Source of the DNA: Diplonema japonicum
Taxonomy: Eukaryota; Protista; Euglenozoa: Diplonemea
Reading direction: 5' to 3'
Length of the DNA stretch: 64,000 nucleotides
NCBI GenBank assembly: GCA_964019335.1
Contig: OZ025733.1
Span: 124,001 to 188,000 of the forward strand
The notes under the pieces were generated by a model. The model was not told where the DNA came from. It was given only the letters and a program-made list of their open reading frames with translations, and made no database searches. Of this stretch, positions 45,301-57,500 are shown one piece after another. Both the position numbers and the translations under genes were made by a program. Numbering within the stretch: the stretch's first letter is position 1; every line of letters starts with the position of its first letter.

Positions 45301-48300
45301 GAGGACGAGCTTGCGGCCGTTCAGTGGTGGGCTTCTATGCACATGCAGACCGTGTCGAGGACAATCCGTGGAATGGAGAGGAAGCGCGAGGCGTTCCGCT
45401 TCATGATGGAGCTCGAGCAAGGTTACACCGAGACAGAGAAGATGCGCAAGGACAAGATCGACTTACTGACAGACGATAAGTTCCAGATTGTACTGGCGTT
45501 GCAGAATCTTGCGAACAACAAATGGTTCTCGAAGAATGAACAGGGCCTGATGCTTCTCTGGTCTAGATACCCAAAAGTCGAGGTCTCCTTCATCATCGAG
45601 ACGCTCAACTACCGTAACAGCCCGACCGTTGTTCGAAAAGTTCACGAACATGTATCAGACCTGTGGGACTGTACAAGATACCTGTCCTGTCTTGCACTGT
45701 GGGACGAAGATGCTCAAGACTGGTACGTTGCGTCGGCCTACGCTCGGAGGAACACATTGAGAATCGAGAAGAAAGTAAAATACGGTTTGAACGGCATGAT
45801 GCAAGGAAAGGCTGTCAACCAAGCCCACTCCTTGATGTTCACACGAGGCCAGCTTATACAGGCCATCGATGCCAATCAAGACGGGTATTTCGACGAAGCG
45901 TTGAAACTGCGGTCTGTCACAGGGAGATTCTTCCCGGAGCAGGACCGATCCTGGTCCAGACACAAAATCGTGGGGTTTCCAGAGTATTCAATCACGGTTA
46001 AGAGCGGGATCATCGGTAGAATCGCCGGGTACTCCGAGTACATTTTCGTGAACCTGTTTCAAAAGGTTTTGGCGCACCCTCTTGGTGTGAGGATGCATTA
46101 CGGGCATCCTGATTTCTTCGATTTCTCATGGATTTTGTCGCAAGGTGGAATGTCCAAATCTAACCCGTTGATCAATCTGAACGAGGATATCTTTGCAGGG
46201 TATCACGTGACAGCGAACGGTGAGTCGGTGGACCACGTCAGCTCCATGCGTGACGGAAAAGGAAGGGAAACAAACTTCGACGGTGCGAACGGCTTCCAAA
46301 TGAAGCTCGCATTCGGTGCTTCCATGCAGTACAGAACCCGAGACATGTTCGAACTAATGCGTACATCCGATGTCCTCAAACGCCACTCTATTTTCTACGG
46401 TTCCGTCGGTCCGTACATTTACCTCATCACCATCGTGGTGTTGATCTACACAACATTGTTTATCAACCTCGCCCTGACGTACTCGTACAAAACGGACTAT
46501 CAGTTGTCGTCGAGAGGGTCGCCTTATGGATCGGAATGGATGGTTCAAATGTCTCTTATCGAAACGGTTCCTCTTTTCCTGCAGCTCACGCTCGACTACG
46601 GGTTCCGGGGTTTCTTCAACTTCCTCCGAGACGTCATCCCCGCTACGCTTTACTTCCTGTTCGTCATCATGACCAGGTTCTCGTACTTTATCCAATCTTC
46701 TCTGAACGGTTCTTCAGCGTACATCGCCACCGGTCGTACCGACCCGCTTTTCCGTCGTTCGTTCCGACACATGTTTAGATACTACGGGTCCACTCATTTC
46801 ATGCCTGGGATGTTCCTTTTAATGTTGGTGTGGTTGTACATGGACATCGAGACCCGCTCTGCAGTCGGTGCTTTATGGAGAACATTCTGGCATTGGGGTG
46901 TCGGGATCGCGTTCATCGTCACACCATGCGTCTTCAACCCCGCGTTAGACCTGGAAGGTCTGTGGGAAGATCTGAAAGCGTTCTACTTATGGGTGGTCGG
47001 GGACTTCACCGAAAAGCTCAAGAAGCAAAAGGATGTACTGACAAAGCACGCTGCCCACGCGAGAAAAGACAAGTTCTGGGAAAAAACATACGAAGCGATC
47101 TCGAGAAAACTGCATCCAAAGAAGGGCGCTGCCGACGGTGATGACGGAAGAAGCAGTTTCAAAGTCCTCGTCAACGAAGACGACGACTCGGAGTTAGAAC
47201 CCGTAGCTATCGGGAAGCTTGAAGGTCTTGGTGAGGAAGTCTCGTCGACCGACTCAGATGAACACCTACCAGCAGCGTACCCATGGGCGGACCAACCAGA
47301 GTACGATTTCGCAGCCGATACGAAACCCGTTCAAGGCTTCATCGATTACGATGAGTTTGCCGACGAAGACGACGATCTAGAAGTTGTTGAGTTTGACCTC
47401 CCCGAAGCAGGCACTGTCCCACCCCGACACGGCGGGCATGGTTATTCCGGTGCTTACCAAGAACATCAAATGCCGTACTCTGAAGATACGGAATACACGT
47501 CGACAGAGATGACTGAAATCATGCCGCCGCCGCCGATGATGCCTGATATCCCTGCACCGCCTTCGTTGAATTCAACACAGCCTGCTTCGAGGGGTTTGGT
47601 TCCGACGTTGGACCTTCCGACAAGGGACGAACCGGAGTTCCCCCCTCCTCCTGCGATGGATGTCGGCATGGTGATGATGGAGCTTCCGTTGGATGACGAT
47701 GATGAGGATTCGATCCCGTTGCCGCCTCCACCACCACCGCCGGACTTTCCACCGGTTCATCCTTTGCAGTTACCATTGCATGAACCTGTCGATGCGAATT
47801 GGGTCGAATCGGATGAAGACGAGGAAGAGGTCACGTCACCCCCTCTCGCGAAGACATCGATTCGAAAGGTGTCTAGCCCTAACGCACTGGAAAGCACGCG
47901 TGAAAGAGTGTACTCCTCGAGAGGCATGCGTCGGAACCAGAGCAAAGGAAAGTACACGAACAGGGACAGGATGTCCGAAGTCTCTTCAGGTCGTGGTTTA
48001 ATGGACGCGAAGTCGTTCAAATCCCGCGAGACAGACGCGGACCTCATCACGGACTACGAAGCTACCGACTCAGGCTCCGCATTGTACGACGACCTCTTGG
48101 GCTCGTTGAACGAACCGAACGACGCAACAGGCAAACCGACAAACGTTCCCTCGTTGACGTTCAATCAGTTGGAACGCGCGAGGGGCACGGCGGCTGCGTT
48201 CCGTACCGCCAGAGGCGACGGACAAAAAACCGCACGTGGTTTGAACCCCGGGATGATCAATCAAGGCGGGGGGAAACTAAAAGCAGACACAACCACCGTC

Positions 48301-50657
48301 ATGCTCGTCCCGGAGGAGGAACAAGAGATAGTGTATGACTACGACTGGCTCATTGAACACGAGAAGAACCAAGCGGAAATCGAGAAATTCCTGAAAGTGT
48401 TCAGGTCGCTGAATGGCGAGGTCACAGGCCCGAACACCCACGGTGGGAAAGTCCCTCACAAGGTCGTTCAGTGGAAGTCCATGCAAGACGGCTTCATCAA
48501 GCTCGGCAAGGTCGTCGACGACGCAACGTGCAAGGAATTATTGTTAGGCCTCGGTGTGGAAGCTGTCGACTTTGTTCAGTTCATCGTTTGCTTCCACAAA
48601 GCCGAAGGTGTCGAGGCAGGCCACGGTGACTACGGCATCGACCGTGCCGTGACCGACATCAACCGAGCCCGCCACCGCGAGCTCAGGCATATTCAGGAAC
48701 AGATGGCACTCGGCAAAAAGGGGTACCTCAGAGCCAAGGACGAGTCTGAAAAGATCGCCGCCTTAACAGTCCTTCACAACACAAGAAGGGAGTTCAAGGT
48801 GAAGTTTCAAGACTCCACTGAAGACAAGGTCCTCGTCAAGACAAACTCTCTGAAGCACCACTGGAAGATCTCGATCATCTTGAACTACAGAGGGTGTTCC
48901 ACCCTCGGCGCGTTCCTCTTCTCTCTCACGCTGTTCTCTCTGTGGTGCTTCGCGTACTTTGCCTTGTGGCAGGTGTGTCGTCGAAAAAGAAAAACGTGGC
49001 AAAAAAAAATAAAAAATACAGGATATCACTTGGGAAGTCTTCATCTTCGTTTGCATTCTCACGTGGGACTACCTTCTCACCATGTCCAACATTGGGCCCA
49101 TCGTGCTCGTCACCCGTGTCACCTCTGCCGTTGTTATCATCTGGAGGTCCATCACCATGCTGACGGTATGTAAACGAACCGGGAGAAAAAAAAAGAAAAA
49201 AAAAAAAAAAAAAAAGGTCGACAATAAATTCTACCCGACCTTTGTAATGACCTACGCTTTGATGCATATGGTTCTGGAAGTGCAATTCTCATTTTGGTCG
49301 TGCGCCGGGCCTTATATATTAAGGAGACAGTATGGAAAAACAAAAAAAAAAAAAAAAAAAAAAAATGAGGGGGAAAAAAAAAACCCACAGAGTAACGCCC
49401 GGAAAAGAAAACCCGAAAACCCTCGACGCGCAACGCGAGATGTGTCTCATCTCCCTGTTGAAGGACAACAGAGAGAGGTACCTGTGGGGTTTCCCATACT
49501 ACTTCCTGGGCAGGCAGCTCATGGCGATCGCGATCGGGCTGATGCAATTCATCTTTGGGATCATCATGCTGATCATTAGAACTCTAATCGAGTTCATCAA
49601 ATACCTCATAGACATAATGGACGGGTACTGGAGGAGGAAGAACCCCACGGAAGCTACGTATATTGCAGACAAGAAACACTTCATATCGGACGATGACTGC
49701 AAAGGTCCGCCTGTCAACGCATGGACGAACACTGTGAAACCGAAGGTCGCGCATAAACTGTGTCAAGTAACAGACCCGAACGTTCGAACAGAGTACAATA
49801 AAATAACGGTCATAGAACCACCCGGGAAGAGCACGGTTGTATTCGATGACTTACCACCGCCTCCCACGCTGGTACCTCCGTCGGCTCCGTCGGCTCCGAG
49901 TCCTATGAAGAATCATAATCAACAAACACAATCTTCGCCGAATAATTTCTTATCAGTCTCGATCGGCGAACCGCCGTTGTCCGCTCGTTCCGACGAACTT
50001 TTCGGACGACGCGGATCCCGTGCTGGGCTTGGGATATCTCGCACCAATACAAAAACGAATTTACTTCACAGAAGCGATAGTTTTGTTGGTGCTGGAAATC
50101 TTACAGGCTGGCACAACCCCGCCCATGGTCCACCTCCTGAAGCGTTGGAGACAAACCTTCAAAATTTCGGGTCGGGGTTATACCGTCCTGCTAGTAGTTA
50201 CGGTGCGGTACCGAAGACACCGCAGGTTCAGATTCAAGTTCCGGGTTCAGATGGTGACAGTGAACTGTCTGCGGTGGGTCTGACCATGCCTGATTATGGT
50301 CCGGAGGAGCCGGTTGATGAGCTTGGGGAGATTCAGTCTAATTTGGTGTACTTTGGTGATGGTGACCAGACGAATTATGTTCCCACAGAAGCGTTTGCTA
50401 ATGTGTTGGAGTTCCGAATGGGGATTAAGGCGTTTTATCGGTTCCTCGGACCGGTGCAGCAGGTTAGGTTGGAGATTCTTGGGAAGGAAATCGTCGATAG
50501 CGATCCTTGGCCTTTCTTGACGTCGAAGAACTGTTTTGTGCAGGTTTTGCTGTCGAACATGTACGCGCCGAGGGAGCGGAAAACTGCGATTTTTGCAAGG
50601 CACGAACTGCGTGGCAAGACCGCACTCGAGTCACGGTTGTTGGAGAATCAGATTTAA
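39346..50657 (+). CDS. Giant beta-1,3-glucan synthase (GT48) with N-terminal GH81-like and clan GH-A-like domains; exons 39346-48972, 49022-49165, 49217-49329, 49391-50657 (~3716 aa)
   Basis: Signal peptide; PPTNAWW and FPVSRGFDWYTG (GH81-like); YQPT...RRDV..IKSLGFNTV (TIM-barrel GH); GT48 motifs GKAVNQ..SLMFTRG..IQAIDANQDGY.DEALK, HYGHPDFFD, NLNEDIFAG, GKGRE, YIATGR. Three GT-AG introns join the track's ORFs in frame. Confidence 0.92.
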
Positions 50658-51477
50658 AAATGATTTTATGTTTGTTACAAAATTGTACATTTTTTTTTTT
50701 TTTTTTTTTTATCTTCACCCCTTCGAACTATAAAGAAATAATACAAGTTTTCTTTTTTTTCTTTTTTCTTCCCAAATCTCCCATTCTCCCGTACCCTACT
50801 CTTGCGTACATCTTTCTTTTTTTTTTTTCTTTTTTTTTTTTAAATGGTGTGCGCCACCGCCCTACCCGTTCCCCCCCTTTTTTTTTTGCACGGGTCGCTG
50901 TTTGACCACGGTTTGCATATGTTGAGGAGTGAGGGGGGAAACTAAAAAGGGGGAGGGGGAAAAGAAATTTATTTAAAAAAAAAGAATCTTTTTCTCCCTC
51001 CCTTTCTCGCAAGCTCTCAATTTTTTTTTACAAAAAAAAAAGAAATGGGAATAAGAGGAAAATAGAAAAAAGGTGACAAAAAAATAACAAACCAAAAAGA
51101 GGGGTTGCACCCCTTCTCACTGCAACTCCTTCCCCCCCCTCCCTTCTTTTTATTTCCTTTTATTTCTCGTTTTCCCAACTGAATAATGAAGAATTGAATT
51201 TGCGAGTCCAAAGACAAGACAAAAGACATACAAAACTATCTTTTTTCCCCACCTTTCTTTTCTTTTTCAACTTCCCCCCCCTCACCCACACCCATTCGTC
51301 TCCATCCTCCAATTCAATTCCCAAAAAAAAGGGGGGGGGGGAGGGCGGTGATGGGAAATAAAAAACAGTTTTTTGTTCCCCTTCCTTTCTCCTTCCCTGT
51401 TCTTTTCCCCCCTTCTTTTCCCATATTTCACTTGACCACCACAACACAACACAACAGGTTGCAACACACACACTAAG

Positions 51478-51510
<33 letters not shown>

Positions 51511-51540
51511 CCATCACCACCCAAAAAAAAACCACACGAA

Positions 51541-54500
51541 ATGGTCAGAAGCCGCATGCCGCTTCTGCTGTGGGGTGCTTCTCTGCTTGTCGTTCTTGCA
51601 GGAGCACAGGACTCAGCACCGACAACAACAACGACCTCGGAACCTCTGACAGTGTTCTCGCTGGCCTCGTCGCTGGCGGACACGGTGGACGCCTACAGGG
51701 GGCAGGTTGCGGACGCCCTCACGAACACGGGGAAGGAGCTGGTGGAGGCGCTCGGGGTGAAGGACGAGATAGAGGCGATGGTGGAGAACCTGGAGCAGCT
51801 GAACAACTTGAAGGACACGGCGATGTCCGGTGCAGATGACATGATCGCCTTCTTCGAAGGTGACGACATGGCTTCCTACACGGACGAGCTCTCGAACCTT
51901 GGGAGCACGCTGATGCCATACGTCCGCGCCTTCACCGGGCAGTGCAACACGTCGGTCGCCTCTGCCAGCAGGAAGGCTCTGATCCTGGAAGCGCGGGAGA
52001 ACCACCTGCAGAGGAGTGCGGCGGGGGCGCGCAGTGGTGTGGTCCTCAGCAGGAACTGCGACCAGACGGCGTTTCAATGCCCGCTCTTCACGGTGACGGT
52101 CGGCTTCAGCGTCTCGTACACGCGCTTGAGGAAGGGGAGCTTCTCCTTCACCCCTTCGGTAGGGATCGCTGCAAGCGCTGGGGTGGACACTGCGCCGAGC
52201 GCCGACTGGTACAAGCACCTCTTTGGAGGAGTTGGTCTTGGGTGGGGGGTCGGAGTGAGTTGGGAATGGACCCCTGCACCTGTGGTCCCAACACCCATCC
52301 CAACACCCGTCCCCACACCGGTTCCTACCCCTGTTCCTACACCGGTTCCCACCCCTGTCCCTACTCCAGTCCCCACCCCTGTTCCAACACCTGTTCCAAC
52401 ACCTGTTCCTACTCCTGTTCCTACTCCTGTCCCTACACCTGTCCCTACCCCTGTTCCCACACCTGTCCCTACACCGGTCCCCACCCCTGCCCCCACAAAG
52501 GGTGACCCGTGTACCTCGGACAACGACTGCGGGCTGGACGAGAGGTGTCTGAACGGGAACTGCGCGCCTGAATGTGCTTCCGACAACGACTGCGGGCTGG
52601 ACGAGGTGTGCTCGCATGGGCAGTGTGCACCCGAGACGACGACGAACAAGAACAGGAGGTCTCTCCAACAACACCAACAACAAGTAGAGAGTAGGGAGGG
52701 TGAGGTGCTCGCGACGCCGCCAACAGAGAAGAAGGGGTGGTTCGCCAACACGGAGTTCGAGGTGGCGCTCTCAGTGGACTGGTTCGCGAACGCCGGGGCC
52801 TACAGCGGCTTCGCCTTCACTGTCGGGATGGACATGCCGAACATCGTACAGGCGACGACCGGGATCGAGGGGGTGACGATCGTGTTGACGCACCCGCACT
52901 GGAGGTGTTTCGAGAAGGTGGACAGGGACACATGGTGGGGCGATGTGAAGTTCGGGGGTTTCGGACTGACGGTGAAGTCGGTGGAGATCCCGAAAGACCT
53001 TAAGACCGCGGACGTGACCAAGAAGATCAGCGGGGCGATAGACGGGCTGAAGGATCTGGTGAAGACGTCGCTGAAGGACTTGATCACTGGTTGGAAGGAG
53101 CAGAAGAAGGCTGCCATCACCGACGCGGCGGGGAACAAGTGGTCTGGGATCGGGTTCAACTTCGGGATGGCAGCGACACTGGCGGACTCGATCGTCAAGG
53201 GGGACAGCTTGGTCTACGACCCGTCTTCGTGCCCTGTAAACACGAAGAGCCCGCCTGGGCCTCCCCCTACCGCCGTGCCCACCGTTGCTCCTGCCACGAA
53301 GGCCCCCCCCACCAACGCCCCGGACACCGACGCTCCCCCTACGAATGCCCCGGACACCAACGCCCCGGACACCGACGCCCCAGACACGCAGGCGCCCGAC
53401 ACGACGGCCTCCTCCTCATCAGGCAGCACCAGGGAGCTTCTAGACGCAACAACGGACTTCAACAACTTCCTGAAGCTGTTGAAACCAGTCGTGCAAGAGG
53501 GTGAGATATCGATGCCTTTCTGCCTCGGAGAGTGCAGCAACCCGACCCCGACGACGTCGATCTCAGGGGTGGGGAGGATCGGGCAGCCCCCTACCTGCAA
53601 CGGGGTGGAGGCAGGGGTGTGGGTGGACCAGATCACGATGGCGAACATTGCCTACCTGGTGACAAGCAACTTCGACAGGGACGTCGCGAAGGCGCTGGAC
53701 GCGATCCTGTCGCCCGTGCTCTCCTTCGGGATCCAGGACACGAAGCTCGCCCTCGCGGCGACAACAACGGGGGTGAAGCTGTACGCGGTCGGGTCCCCGA
53801 AGCTCCCCGACGTGCTGGAGGGAGACTTCCTGGAGGTGATCGCTGATGTCGCGGGGAGCTTCCGGGTGTCGGCGAGTGCGGAGCTGCAGTTCGTCGGGTC
53901 GGCTGTGCTGGAGCTGCGCGTGGGGACGGACCCGGACACGTCGGAGAGCAACTTCGCGATCGTGAACACGGCGGGGACGCTCGGGATGAGCATCTACATC
54001 CAGTTCGAGCACGTGTTCGGGGGGATCCCGACACAGACCCTCGGGGTGAACATCCCTCTGAAGATCTGCGTGGAGCGCTGCTCGGAGGTCTACGCAAACC
54101 GCTACTTCCTGTTCCTCATCGGGGACCTGTCGCTGGTGGTGAGCCCGACGGCGCAGCTGGTGCGCGGGACCCTCACCATGGACGGGTGGTGGTACCGCGC
54201 CCTGGGGCTCCCCTTCCTGCACATCGGAGACATCACGCTCGGGGCGGAGTGGGACCTGAAGTCCCCGCTCCCGACCGGGTTCACCTTGGGGGGTGCGGTC
54301 TGCCTTGGAAAGGAGGATAACTGCAAGACGGACACCCAGCCCTTCATCGAGGGCCGCACCTACGTCGGGGTGAGCGCGACCCTCCCGGAGGACAACTTCT
54401 TCATCGCGATGGTGTCGGAGCTCACCATCGGCGGGGTCATCGACCTCGTGTCGGAGTACGTGCCTGCCCTGGACACGGTGTCCATCCCGGGGAAGCTCGG

Positions 54501-57500
54501 GGAGTCTGGGATCTACCCCTTCGACAAGGACTACAAGACGAAGTGCGCGGGGAAGCTGGACGGCTACGCCAACGCGACCACGCTTGATCTGGAGTGCTTC
54601 GCCTTCTTCTCCTTCAGTCCTATCAAGGAGCAGAGGCTCTCCTTCAGGAGCGGAGACGTGGTGATCCCTGCGGGGGTCGCCCTGCAGGGGCGTCTGAACT
54701 TCCTCGGCTGGGAGATCGCGATCGAGCTCGCGGTGAGCAAGACGCGCTTCTACATCAACGCCTGGATGGACCCGGTGGACCTCGACATCGGAGGGTTCAA
54801 GATGCGGATCGGGAACCGTCTGGAGAACAAGGTGGCGGTGGGCGGGGCGAGGTTCTTGGTGGACCTGCAGGTGGCGCCGTCCCCGAGCGCCTTGATCGAC
54901 ATCGGGGGTGCCTTCGACATCCCGATGCTGGACTCCTACGGCTACCTGAACGTGACCTTGAACGCAGACATCTTCTCCTTCTCGGCGGGGATCGACCTGT
55001 TCGGCGGGGCGCTGTCCTCGCACGTGAACGTGACCTGGAACTGGGACCTCACCTTCTTCAAGATGGAGCTGCGGGACATGAACTTTTTGGAGATCGTGAA
55101 GATCAAGCAGGTGCTCTTCATGTACGACCTGAGGGCCCCGATCCCGTACGCCATCTTCCAGTGCAAGATCCAGGTCCTGTTCGTGAACCTCGAGGCTAAG
55201 GTGGAGGTGAACGGGAACGAGATCGACTTCGCGGTGACGCTGGACTTGGCGTTGGTGGAGACGACGGTGAGCGGGCACGCCAAGATTTCCCCGAAAGGCT
55301 TCGAGGACTCCGAGTTCGACATCTCTGTGTCGGTGTCCCTGGGGGACGTGGGGCAGGCGATCTTGGACGGGATCAATGACGCGTGCAAAGCTGTGGCGAA
55401 GGTGGCGACCGAGGCCTGGAACTTCGTGGAGGGGAAGGTGCAGGCTTTGTGGAACGGGATCACGGACGTCTTCGACAACGCTTTGAGCGCGATCAAGAAC
55501 GCGGTCGGGGCCTTCCTGAACAGCATCGAGGACGTGATCAAGGACGTGGTGGGAGCGCTGAAGAAGGTACCTGTGCTCGGGAAGATCGTGGAGGCCGGGG
55601 AGAAGCTCCTGGACGGGGACTTCGAGGGGGCGGCGCAGTCCTTCGGGAGCGCGATCGGGATCTTCAGCACGGAGGGGCACAAGATCGTGGACGCGGGGGG
55701 CAAGAACGAGTACGGGTGCAAGTACGTGAAGGAGCAGTGGAGGGAGTGCTGGTGCCACGGGCTGTGCGCCTTCGGGAAGACCTGCAAGACGAAGTCCGGA
55801 TCGAAGTACGCGGAGCCTAAATGCATGGAGGACGTGGCGCTTGCAGCGGCGGAGGTGAAGACGAAGTCCGACAAGATGGCGAAGAAGAGGGGGGTGATCG
55901 ACGACTCGAAGGAGATCAACCCTGGGCTGCAGAGCATCGGGGCGGGGGCGGCGGTCCCGATGCCGTCGCTGCAGAAGTCAACGGTGGCTGTGCCGTTCGG
56001 GTCGAACCCGGCAGCTGCGGCCGGAGGCTTCAGCGGCGGTGTGAAGCAGTTCGGAGGGAAGGGGTCCGGCGGGGGTTTGTCGAGCTCGGAGCAGGGGGTG
56101 TCCCTCAGCAACATGCCGTTCGACTTCACAACGCAGGCGAGCTACGACGCGAGCGTGGAGAACACGCAGAACAGGATGGTGACGGCGATGAAGGACAAGG
56201 CGCTCGAGAAGCAAGGGGGGATGGGGAACGACATCAGCAGCGAGGCAGGGTTGGTGACGCGGAAACCGCCGGTCCTCGGGGCTGCGACCTCGTACACCTT
56301 CCGCTGCGACCAGCCGATCAACCTGGACAGCCTGAAGCCGCAGCCCGTGTTCATCGACCCCGCGTGCACCTCGGGGGCGGTGGTCGTAATGCTGAGGAAG
56401 ACGACGCTCCCCACGTCGCAGTTCCCGAACAGGATCTGCGGGACCTACTTCCTGGAGGTGGTGTGGCAGCTGCAGGACAACCCCGCGTGCGGGGGCACCT
56501 CGGCCGAGGTGAAGCAGATCATCACGGTGGAACCGGCCCCGCCCGCCTTCTCCTTTTTCCCGGCTGACGCACACATCAACACGCAGCAGACCCTGGACCC
56601 GACGGTGCTGGGGATTGCGGAAGGGGAGTCCCCCTGCAAGCAGGAATTCGACATTTTCTCCGTGGACAGCGAGCCGAAGGCCGTGGAGGGGGAGTGCGGG
56701 AAGTGGACGATCGAGAGGAAGTGGACGATCGTCCCCTACTTCTCCGACGCGGTGTGCACAGGGACCTTCGCGGACAGCAGCAGCAGGGTGCAGACCATCT
56801 ACATCGCGGACGAGACGGCCCCTGTCTTCACCTACACCCCTGAGGGAGAGGTGGAGGTTCCCTTCTTCGAGAACTTCAGGTCCGCGAACCCGATCCCCCT
56901 GACGGAGGAGCAGACGCACGCCGACTTCGCGGGGATGAACCTCGTGTCTGAACCCACGACCACGACCTCGGTGGACGGACCGCTGGCGAGGCAGTCGGTG
57001 AAGCTGGAGGACGAGCCGACCTGCAGGGACCGCGGGCTCGCGCAGCAGACGAGGACCTGGACCACGACCGACAAGTGCGGGAACAGCAGGACCTTCCAGC
57101 AGACAGTGAAGCTGCAGCACCCGCCGACGGCGCTGACGACGACGCAGGGGTGGACCCCCTCGCAGCAGCTCTTCGCGTACTGGGTCGGGGTGAGCCAGCT
57201 TCCCGACGTGTGCCACGCCGGGAAGGAAACGGTTGGAGGACCGAAGGGGTTCAAGCCGCTGGACGACTCCGCAACGGCGACGCACGCATGCGCAGTTGAC
57301 GACGACGCCGCCGCCGCGTGGACGGAGGACGGGTGCAGGAGGCTGGGACCTGAGACCCCTGCCTACACGGAGCAGGTGTACTCGGAGCCGCCGCGCTTCG
57401 TAAGCTTCCCCTCTGACATCACGATCAACACGACGCACTCGCTCCACCCGGACAGCGGGCTGGGGAGGCCGACCGGGGCCGCCTACTGCGGGACCCCCCT

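Noticed and set aside
48973-49173. His/Cys-rich C-terminus of the 3278-aa ORF
   Set aside because: Out-of-frame read-through of intron 48973-49021. The spliced frame gives TM helices instead.
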